NCBI GenBank assembly: GCA_973895155.1
Contig: OZ316896.1
Coordinates: 19,766,754-19,830,753 of the forward strand
Origin: Marsupella aquatica
Lineage: Eukaryota > Plantae > Marchantiophyta
DNA length: 64,000 nucleotides
Direction: 5' to 3'
The notes beneath the pieces were generated by a model that was not told the DNA's origin, searched no databases, and saw nothing but the letters and a program-made list of their open reading frames with translations. Each line of letters begins with the position of its first letter. The stretch's first letter is position 1. Shown here piece by piece: positions 32,073 through 43,145 of the stretch. A program made the position numbers and the translations under genes.

Positions 32073-35000
32073 CTCCACAACCCTGCCGAGCCCCAACCAG
32101 TCTCAAAATCAGAATTTCACTTCATAAGCCATCTCCTAGCACTGCAGCAAGCAATTCCAAAATGGAGACTCAGCCTCCTCCCCCCCCTACTTCCCTCCCT
32201 GGATCCGTCATCTCACAGATCCCAAACGGAAAGTCAGAGCCAGAAAATCACCCTTCACGGATGAATAACCTCAGCAAGATGAACCACATGCCAATCCACA
32301 AATGGAGGCTCACAGCCGGCATTTTTTCCATTTCCAAATCAACAATCTAAGCCAGATTACCCAACAACGAACCCACCCACACACATCCACTAGAGCCAAT
32401 ACAAAATGCAGGTGACCAGCCAAGAAAACCTTCCCACCTTGAATGAAACAATGCCGTCTCTCAGGTCACCCACAACGGCAGCAGACATGCAGACAAGCAG
32501 ACCTGCGGCAGAATGAACTGATCGACCGATTACACCGTTGATTGACGGCAGAAGTGCACCACACCTCCACAATCTCCCTCTGAAATCCTCTCCCCCACAT
32601 CCACCAGATTCTTCCGCGAACCTACATCATCCCCCTTCCCCAGATCTCTTCGCAGCCATGCAGACAGCAGCCTCTCCGACCCAAAGCAACCATGTCACTC
32701 ATAATGCTCCACCACGACACTCACAATGTGCCACCATGACAAAATCTGGAGAGGGAGACGAGAAGAGTCCTGTCAAGACCAAACTCTGCCAAAGGGAAAT
32801 GACTATGAAAGAGAGGTCCAGAGGAAACCTAACGAGTCACGAAAGAAATGCACACTGTACAATGTACAGCCATGTTTGTACTCGATGACATCGGGAAAAG
32901 ACAGGCAGGACGATGATCAACTCGACAACTCATGAAAGTCGGCCGAATCAAATCCTCACTGACAGTTCCGCCCGATTGGGGGGGCTCCCGTGCGGTCCGA
33001 AATGGAGGTGTCGCTCTGCGCTCTGTCTCGACAAACTACTCCTGAATGGACACTCTCGATTTCTCGCACAGAGCCGGTCACTCCGGTCGTCGTGCCGCGT
33101 CCTTCTAAGGGCACCGGTCGAACCGGTGGAATATCACTTGGCCTTCCCGGACCAGCCGGTTGACTGACTCGGCGCAGGCGAATGGCCATTCGATTGGACC
33201 TCACTGAGGGTCGTGAAGGCGCGAAGATGCGATCATGCTGATTTCCAGCCGTCGATCGTGTCCACGATGTGGTGGGTGAAGGACAGAATATCCTGTAGTC
33301 TGTTCCAATTCTTAAAATCGAAAACTTGAACGTGATGCTCCCATGGACCGAGTTTGTGAACCTTGCAGCCCCCATGGGCCTTTAAGCCTTTTACTGACTC
33401 GACAAAGTTTCTCTTTCAGCGGTGACTAGGTTTGTGCAATTTTTACCAAAAAAACAATTCAACATAAATAAACTATTTGCAAACTTGCTTGTACGTTTTG
33501 CAAACCGTGTAAAATGTGACCCGAAATGATGGAAGTAGCATAAAAACACAGAATGTTTTTTGCTAGCCAAATAGATCTAAAAATGTTTTTTTCAAAAACA
33601 AGCACCAACACACACAAAAGTGATTAGTTTACAATGATTCTAATTCTTGGTCTCTTTATGAATGCAGAATATGGCTCCTCCTGGGCTTGTTAAAAGCACT
33701 TTGGTTAAAGATCTTTCCAATCCGTCTAATCTCGATAGCTCTCATGAAAAAGTAACCCAATGGCCGTGCATTGCACAGTTGGTGTTGCAACCATGTTGCA
33801 ATTGGCGTCTGGTTTCACTACAGAGGAGTTGTTGACCACAAAAAAAATTCCAGAAAATGTGGCATTGCGAAAATGTAATGTACATGTCCTTGTGCATATG
33901 TGTCATTGTATAAAATCCAGGCTAAGTAGGTTTGCAATGGTTCCAAAGTGAATGCAGGGTTGTTGAATGAGACAGATGATTGCAAGTTAAAAACAAGGGA
34001 TAGATGATGTAAATGGGTAGGGAAAGTTGGGGTGATCGAGAGTTGAGGCAGGAGCTACAGCAAGTTCGAACGAGAGCCAGACAGAGCCACAGCAAGTCTA
34101 CTTCACATGCAAGGGCACACCGTGTGAAGGTGTTGGGGAGTAAAACAAATTACCCTCTTCTCTCTTCCCTCCCTTTTACTTTAATTCTCCTTCCCTTCCC
34201 ACACCCCATTTCTTACCTTTCCCTCCTCCTGGCCCCATTTTCTCCTTGCCACCCATCCCACTGCCCCTCCAGAAAGAAATGGCAACCTAAATTGGTGCAA
34301 GATATTGTCAATCTTGTGTTCACCAAGAAACATTTTGGTCAACACAAAAGATTGTGAGCAAAAAACGTGTCAAGTGCCAAATGGGTTGCACAGAAAATTA
34401 ATCTCAAGGGAAGGCAAACTATTCTCTCGAAGCAAAAAGAAAACTTCATGCGAGAGAAATATGACGAGGCAAAAAACATTTGGATGGGTGACAAATACAT
34501 TAAGTACAGTTTAAATGGGGGCCATAAGAGAAGCATTATAATCCAGCCACATCAATTTGCCTCCTTCCACACAGAAAAAGGAAAGTCCCCGTTACCTCTG
34601 AAAAACAGCTGACGGGTACTGAAGAAGTCACCTGGGCCCCATGCATGAGCCGCCAACCTCAAAACAAAATCAAAACACAGCACCACCCACTTCCTTTCCA
34701 ACACTACTTAAAAAATACAGAGAAAAAACAAAAACAAATTAAAACATATCCAATTCCCTCTTGGTGGGCATGAACCTCTTGCCTATGCTTCCCACGTAGA
34801 AGGTACAACCAGGCACATTAGAATATAGTAGCCAAATTTCAAATTCAAATTCTACTATTTTTAATATAATATTTCAAATTTCAAATATATGGTAGTCTAT
34901 ACGCACTTACCACGGTATCCCATATTGTACATAGACCAGGGCCTCCTTGGGAATCCATTGGAGAGAGTGAACCAAATGTAGGATCTGACTTGTATGCATC

Positions 35001-35799
35001 AACTTATGTAATATAAATAATAATGTAATATAAGTTGATGTTCCTGTAACATGAAAAGTTATTTTGTCCTCTAGTAAAAAGTTTAAGTTTTTTTTAGTGA
35101 AATACAGGTGATCGAATATTTTTATGGCAAATATAAATAATACATTGGTTAGGAAGCGTGACATTGAAAAGTTGTGCACATAAAGTACAAGAATAAAAGT
35201 ACACATGTAAAAAAAAGTAATAATGAACAAGAAAAATTTAAGTCTATAGTATTGGGTCCTGCACATACTATACACCAATAAAGATATTTACGTACTTATC
35301 TTAGGTAATGACACTCAAATGAATTAAAACCATAAATTTAGGACACAAAATCATAAGTAGAACTTAAAGACATTAGAAGTGCACTATAATTAGATCATTT
35401 CTTCTTCACTAAGTGCTAGAACTTCCGTGAGCTTTGTTAAGGGGTGGATGATCAAAAATATAGCAAAGATTGAAAAATTTAGAAGGGTGCTAGATTAAAT
35501 TCAAAATCTAAAGTATACAAGGGATGCACCTTGGTAAGACACATTGAATTAAAATACACAAGAAAAAAAGTTTGAATAAGACAAAATACTGGAAGATGGA
35601 TTCACCACATAACAGTTTATTTTACATATCCCCTTTCCATAACAGTAGACCCTAGCTTCCTTGGGGACCCCACTCGAGACAATGGCAAAGAAAACCATAT
35701 TGATAGATTTTGTTCCTCTTTCCCCTCTTCATTTTGAAGTTTGTAAAATAATGATTGCATATTATAGTGGTAGATGGTAGATTGAGAGAGCTGCGATTC

Positions 35800-36115
35800 C
35801 ACATTCAAAATGATTACTTTATTCATTGTCCACACTTTGTGCTTCTATGAGTGTTTCAGCAGCTAACTTTGACACTCACTATCTCCCTTGGTATCCAAGG
35901 GAATCTGATGTTTCTGGGTTCATTAGAAAGTGCTTGGAAAGATCTTCCAATGAGCCAAATACAATTAACTTTCATTCAGTGTTGAGAGACCTACAATTTT
36001 CCAGGGACTTTTGTCTCATTTCCTTGTACTAGGTGAGCAGAAAGAGGGTTTTGCTCCAGTCCATCCTGGGTTGCCAAAGTGTATCCAAGCATTTGACAAA
36101 CATGGAGGCCTGCAT
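35800..36115 (-). pseudogene. Possible decayed LINE reverse-transcriptase fragment
   Basis: Stop-interrupted frame ..*YKEMRQKSLENCRSLNTE*KLI..PETSDSLGYQGR* loosely matches the L1-type 'LxNWRPISLLNxxYKI..QSGFxxGR' pattern. Confidence 0.3.
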
Positions 36116-38525
36116 GGAGGTCCATGTAGACTTCAATTTCTATCCTTACAAGTTATGCATTTTACCTACATACCTGTAAAGTTTGAAGCTACAAAATTAC
36201 CTCTGCAAAGTCTCTGCTACCAATGGTAACCCTCAGTTTCCTTCTCACAACCATAGTGTTGACTTGCAAATAGATATTTGTGTGTCTTAAATATAAAGGC
36301 AGCAGTGAGCCAAATGAATTCAAGGTCACCCAGCAACACTCAGAGAAAACAACCCCAAAGGACACAAAGGAGCAACAGGCCTGATTGTAAACTCTTGCAT
36401 AATTCCAGAAATTCTGTGTACTAGTTTTGTAATTTCTGGAAATTTACAGGTTTGGAAATTCTGGCGGCAATTTGATAATATTCCCTTCTTTATTTTGGAA
36501 TGGTATCTGGGAAAGTTAATTGTAATCCCCATTGTTTGTCCCTAGGTTCATTAAGTCCATGCTTTTCTTTCAACAAAGACCCAACTTAATTTAATTTTTA
36601 AACTAAAGGTGACATTGCATCACAATGGATTCCAAGATACCTGTGACGGAAACCAGTGGAGCATCAAAATCAAAACCCTCAAACTGTAGCCATTGAATTG
36701 GTTTCTCAAGAGTGAGTTTCCACTTTATTTTTTGTATCGCAAACTAAATCTATATTTTGGGATACCACGGAACTAGCCCAACATAAACACTAGTATTCTT
36801 GCAAAGAAAAATATTCTAATCATATTCTCTATTTTCAAATTTAATGAAATATTCTACTTTATAAAAGGTTTCTATTAGAAAATACTCTATAAATACCTTC
36901 TATCACCTTCTGTGATTAAGGACGAAAGTCAATCTCAAGGATAATTAATGCTAATCAGCATTTATTACCCCGTCAGTGCTGCCCGCTGCCTGTATGTACT
37001 ACGTCTGATTTTATGATAAATACCTGGTGCGAAGGAATGTTGTCACAAACTGTGGAGAGACTCAATGGTAACATAGCTCAGTTAGGAATGGGGAGCGCCA
37101 CCCCCCCCCCCCCCAACAAATATTTTCATGTACTTTTTGGAAGAAGGCCAGAGGTATAAAGAATTAAAGGTAGCCAAGTGAGTACAACAATGGGTAGGTG
37201 AGAAGGGCTATGGAGTAGGAAATAGATAGGCTTGAGGAGTAGGGGAAAATGGGTAAGGGATGGAGGACAGGGAGGAGGGCTATGGTGCAAAAGGTATACG
37301 GAAAGGAAGGCTATGGGAAGAAATGATGCCCTAAGCCCTAAGTGCTTAAACCCTGAGAGAAAATTGGGTTTCGTGTATAGTTGAGAAAAGACCGACTTGA
37401 CTAGCAACAGAGGAAAGAAGTTGGCACTTCAACACTGCAAAATGATGGGTGTGTAGGATTGTCAGCTACAAATGCAAAATGGACACATAGCACAATAGCC
37501 ATGCAATTCAAAATTGTCATTGTAGATTTGCACATAAATTACTTGTAACACGTGTGAGGTTTGCATTCAGTGCTAGACATTTACTCTTAGGTCTAGAATT
37601 ATGACTACAGCCATAATTAGGCTAACCTTAGTTGGAGACTTGATTAAAGGAATCACACTACATACTATATACACAAGCGCATTTTTAATTGCTTGTTAGG
37701 AGGAACACTTGCTCATTATTAGGGAGCCAGTCAAGAGATAGGGAGAGCTGGTGTTGCAAAGACTTGGTATAGCCGATGAACATACAGTGCAATAAAACTC
37801 TTGTGTGTTCCATGAACATAGTCTCATTTGAGGTGAACCACTTTATTATCTCTCGATGTCGACTGTTTGTTCGTTGGATGTACATGGGCATGCCACTGTG
37901 AATGTTGTCTTTGTTTGATCAATATGCAGTGCTGAAAAATTGAACCGTGCAATTGAGTAATAGTTGGCAAGGCCGCATAGAATGAAAGCCATGCGGGCAA
38001 CCAAGCAGGTTTTGGGATACTGAAAGTAAACTATCATGGTGGAGTGTCCCCCAGCACTAAGGTATATTTATTTAATCACTCTACCATTGTCTTGCTGTTG
38101 AATCAAATATCATTCCAGATCCAAAGGACAATTTAAATAAAAGGCACCTTACTCCAGTTCGAAAGGGGAAGCAGAAAGGAATTTAACTATATTCAATTTC
38201 CACCCTAACGTTGCCTTATCATTGGGATTTGAACTTTTGGCTTCATGTATAATTGGAACTGTACTGATGGCCTTACTATGAGATTGATATGATACTAGCC
38301 CAATGCCTATTTTTTTGCTCAGTTGTGGCTCTATCACAATTGCAGCCATGTAGTTGTTGGGGAACAGTTGTCCTTTTGGTTTTGTTGTCAATGTGGCCAT
38401 TTCTTGGTTGCAGGAGTGTTGCGCGACGGCGGTGTTGTTGTTGACTACAAAATTAATGATTTTGGCCAGTGTTGTCCTTATGGCTACATGGGTTGTTGTT
38501 GCAAATGTCATGACATCATTTTGAT

Positions 38526-38527
<2 letters not shown>

Positions 38528-38563
<36 letters not shown>
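38528..38563. repeat. (TC)n microsatellite
   Basis: Uninterrupted TC dinucleotide run. Confidence 0.95.
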
Positions 38564-38566
<3 letters not shown>

Positions 38567-39063
38567 AGAGGAACATGGAAGACTAATGATGACAACCCTC
38601 GGAAACTAAATGGGATGTGGATATAAGTCTGGACTTTGTCATATGAGAGGGCATGACCCCCATAACACTTCAATCCTAATACATCAATATTGGTTTACAT
38701 AAACCTGGGCTATCGGAGTAGACCCAACAAACCTAGGCGCCCACGTTTGGCCCTGGAAAATACCCTAAAAACGCCGCCAAAGCAACGGCACTGCCATTTC
38801 TTGAGTCGGTTGTTTGTGCCCAGTGGCTCCTGAATTACATTCTAAGCCATGCGAAAACACCACACACTGAGGTCTGTGACGTTGCATTATACACTGTAGC
38901 AAGCTCGTGCCAGCTCTGGCAAGGATCAGCTTCAACCTGCTGCAGCTCGTAGGGACAACCTGTTCACAGATCGTGAAGGAGGAAAGGTGTCGACTGTGCA
39001 GGATTCAGTAGAATCCAATGGGTGATAAAAATAAACAGGTACAATGTGTGACTATGTATGGGA

Positions 39064-39692
39064 AAATGTTCATATCTAATGCTTTCTGAAATACGAAATT
39101 GCTCATACTGTCATCGCTCCAATAAAATAGATGCTTAGGATGAAGTGACTAATCTATCCCTAGCCCATGTCTCCCCGTAGCCGTCCGGACAATGCTACAG
39201 AAACATGGGACATGAGATTTTGTTTTTACCACATTATTTCTACCCTGTGACGGGGGCTGAATGAAGGCGCAGGGGATGTGGATCACTTCAGTCAAGTGAT
39301 CCCTAGGGACAGAGTATGGCCCATGCTCAATGTCTCTGACTAGACATTGGAGTAAGCCGTCACTCATCGAAAATCGCATGTGTAAATGGGTACACTGGAT
39401 TTAATTCTAATGATAATGAGAAGCTACGAATGATCCAGTGATTTACGGGTATGGTGAATGTAGATGTTTATGATATCTCTGAGTGATGATTCTATGGTTT
39501 AACATCTACCAGTGTACATTTATTAAATTGAACAGCGATCGGCATATAAGAAATTATGAGTATACTATTACCATCTATATGATATGTGTATGGATATGAG
39601 TATAAGTATGGGCGATGCACGCAACTGAAGAATAAATTGTGGATTTCGGAATGCTATGTCGTCAGTAACAATCGGTCCTGAGTTATATCAGG
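39064..39692 (+). ncRNA. Putative large ornate structured ncRNA (ROOL-like candidate)
   Basis: At least 12 mutually compatible helices, including end-to-end pairing (39084-39092/39643-39651; 39101-39109/39605-39613); mismatches are mostly G-U on the + strand; no credible ORF. The family assignment is by size and architecture only. Confidence 0.6.
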
Positions 39693-42189
39693 GTGTGATA
39701 CTATGTGTATGGACACAAGTTTCTATCGATCTCTCTCTCTCTCCATTTGTTTTGTAAATCAGGTGCTGTTTCTAGGCAGACACTGGAGCAAGTTTGGTGG
39801 GGGTCTAGGGTTTTAGGACCCCTTTTCCATCATTTCTTTTCATCTCCTCTGCAACACCCCTCTCCCTCCTGTAGCAATAATCTCCCCTCCCCCTTGCCCT
39901 GCCCCTACTCACCCTGCCCCTCTCCTCATCTCTCTCTTTCCCTCCCCACCACCCTCTCCACTCCGCGCCACCGGCTCCCCCCACCCCAATTGTTCATGGG
40001 ACTGTTCACCCCCCCTCCCCTTTGAACATAGGACTTGCCCTGCCTTCCCAAACACAGGCACCTAGGGCCTATTGTGCCAAGCAGCTTTGCCTCATGTCTG
40101 CCTCTTTCGCCATGAGACCCCATTAGGAGCAGGGCCACACTCCAGTAGAAAAATGGACGGCTGGCAAGAGTTCCGGCCCAAACTGAAATTTTGTAAACAG
40201 ACCATGGGAAAGTTTTGGGGCATTGCATATTATAGAGATTTTTGAAAGTCATTCACAATAGTTTACAAGTTGAAAAGTCTTCCACCAGCAAAATGTATAT
40301 GATAAGAAAATCTTAAAGTGGGGCCAAGAATTTGCATGACCTTGAGAAGGCACAACTTCCAAGGCACCCCCAAACTTGTTGGTGTTTTAAAGTGGTTTTT
40401 GTAAACAATTCATCCCAGCTCCTAAAGGAATGAGTAGTTATTCTTCTCCAATCTCCATAGCATGATCTTTTTGAGCGGGCCGGATATACTGCCAGACAAA
40501 CTACTTTACTGCCTTTTGGGGATCATCAAAGAATGTTTTGATGGTCTATCTAACTTTTAAAAATTACAACCTAGCTAAATTCCTCTTGGGGACCCTCCTA
40601 CTCTCTTTATTAGGTAGCTTTACCATGCTTTTCAGTTTGATGCTCAGTAGGGCTTTAATCCTGTTGATGTACATTTTTGCTTGATGGCTGTTTGGCTTGA
40701 TGGCTTTTTGGCGCTTGGGTCTTCTTGGGCTTTTCCCTTGTTGTCTTTCCTTTATTGGGTCTCTTGCCAGTGGGATCATGTCTCCTGGTTTGGCATTTTT
40801 TGTTCGTTTTTACTGTTGTATATAAGTTGAGGAAGGTTGTTTAAAGTTGGAGCCCTCCTTAATCAGGCATCTAAGATTGTGATGCCCACACTGAGAAATG
40901 GTAAATCAACTTGTATCTGTGCGTTCTACAATTGTTTTCAGGGATTTCCATTTTAGGGTTCATTTGGCTTACATGAGAGATTACCGTATAGAGGGGCACT
41001 TTCGGGTTGGGAAAACCAAAATCCTATATGGCAGCTTATGAGTCCCATAAATTCGTGTGCAATAGGTCCAATTCTGTCAATGTTTTAGACTCCCTCCTTG
41101 GGTGGTGTTTTTTAAATAGCCCCGGTGCCACTCCTATTAAGTTACAATATTCCCTGGCCCCACCTGGACAGTGGTAAGCCTGCCTACTTATAGTTAGGAT
41201 TGTTGTTGGATGGCTCTAGGTTGGCTGATAAATCATACTATGGAAAAAATTATCATCACATCTAAATATATGGGCACCACCAAAATTCCACATCTAATGT
41301 AGAGGAGGGTAGGCGAGGAGTTGGAGAGTAGGAGATCAAGATTTGATTTGAACACCCAGCGTTCCAAGCCAGAGTGTCATATTATTATAGTAGGAATTTC
41401 ATTCATAGTCTTGGGTTGCGAAAGCTAGCAAAATGTACTTTCGAGCCCAACCACGATCAGAAGATAATATTTTTCCCAGCCGTAAAGACTTTTGTGATTT
41501 TTCTCTTTGTATTTTTGAGTGCATTAGTTTCCTTCCCTTCTTTGGAGGAGGGCATTATGTGAAGTATCAAATAAATAGGAAAGGTAAAACCCAAATATAA
41601 TGTTACCAAATAAAATAACATAATAACTTGTATCAAAATAACAAGATTTGCTTTGAACTTCTTTCATGCCTTTGGCCAATTACAGGCCCTTTTGCTTGGA
41701 TTTTCTATTCACTTTTTCTTGGTTGTTACCCAAAAATCACTCAAGTTTTTACACACATGAATGTCCTAGTTACTGGCATCATGAGAATGATGCCCTCAGA
41801 ACTTGGGCTGCCACCCTACTTTTTCGGCCCTCTAACCAGGACATTATCCTATTCAAAACATTTTCTGAGAGGAATTTTCCTGCTTTTCACTGCCCACACA
41901 GTCAAAAAATATATGATCCCAACCTATTCCAAGCTAAAACAAAATTTCCAGAGTATTTCATCCCATATAATTTTTCAGGCTGGTGATTCTGGATTTTAAT
42001 TTGTTCCCAATCCAATTTCACATACTGCACAGAATAAATTAGGCTGACTCGTCTTGGACACCTAATTTGTGCGCTGGACACCAGAATTTTTATATGATTA
42101 TCTTGAAGGCAGACCTTACCACTACTACTATGGGAAGATAGTTGAGCAGTGACTAATTTGTTGGATCAGGTGGAGATAATTCTTGGATA

Positions 42190-42700
42190 TTCTATGGATG
42201 CCTGGGCTGTAATGTTTCTTGTAACACAAAATTTTGATATTTAGGCTACTTTTGAGAGGAGGGATGAGCCCCTCTTGTGTGCACGCACCGGGTATTGGGC
42301 TAGAAAGCAGGGATTGTGATGATGCATAATAATATATTTGGGACCAACAGCAAGCTATCATTGTTCGCAAAATATGAGAATTGGATGCCATTCTATCCAA
42401 TCGTTGTGTTTATCCGTGCAGTCCTTATTTGGAGCCAAATTCATTATTCCTAAGGGTTAAGTCATGTGGTTTTTTGGGAATGTGCTTGTGATCGTCTCCA
42501 AAGGAGCAAATATGACTCTCTCTCAACTCAAACAATTGCCAAATCTGATGGCTATCAACTTCCAGAATCTCCACAATTCAATGGGGATATCAATCCTAGG
42601 GTACCAAATCTGGACCACTTTGGTGGCCTTTGAAGCTTTGTGTTTAGTGTCAATAAAGCTTTCTTTTGTCTCTTAGGGCACGAATGAGATCAAAGTTGGT
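42190..42700 (-). pseudogene. Possible decayed LINE RT fragment
   Basis: Minus frame ..IG*NGIQFSYFANNDSLLL (~42345-42400) resembles the LINE 'ISHLxFADDxLL' motif; the surrounding frames are broken by stops. Confidence 0.25.
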
Positions 42701-43145
42701 GGAGAAAATGTACCCTCCTGGACTTTTAACCATTACCATCACTTAAAAGGGAAAGAGTGCAAACCTTCCCTCTTTCCTCACATTTCCTCTGCAATACCAG
42801 TCCACATTTTCAGGAACAAAATCATGAAAGTGAAACCTGTATTACCTGGGTTTAATACAACTTGCCACGACGGCCATTTTTACAACCAAGAAATTAAAGA
42901 AACAGAAAGAAGGCTGCAGATAAAAATCCAGAAGTTGACAAAATAAAATGCCAATAAAAGAGTGTCATCTCCACACCACCTTCAGAACAAACACCGACCA
43001 AGATGCACTCATTCTATCTTTATTTCATGTGGTGTGTAAAAAGGAGCACTAATAGGCTCCTTACAACTTTGAGAAGGAATCTCTTATAAAGAATCCCCTG
43101 CCTAGGGATTTCGCCTGTGTTAAAGTTCTACTGGTTATTATTTGG

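Noticed and set aside
34579-34591. AGGAAAGTCCCCG, matching the RNase MRP RNA CR-I motif, tempting given POP1 in the window
   Set aside because: No complementary CR-V (AACGGGGCTTA-like) motif within the next ~250 nt, and no USE/TATA promoter or P3 helix; likely chance.
39149-39379. 76-aa minus-strand ORF within the structured segment
   Set aside because: No recognisable motif or splice context; better explained as an incidental frame antisense to a structured RNA.
39250-39500. Hammerhead ribozyme or group II intron interpretation (ctgaatga, ctgagtga)
   Set aside because: These do not match the CUGANGA core with a correctly placed GAAA and helices; no GUGYG start or domain V is seen on either strand.
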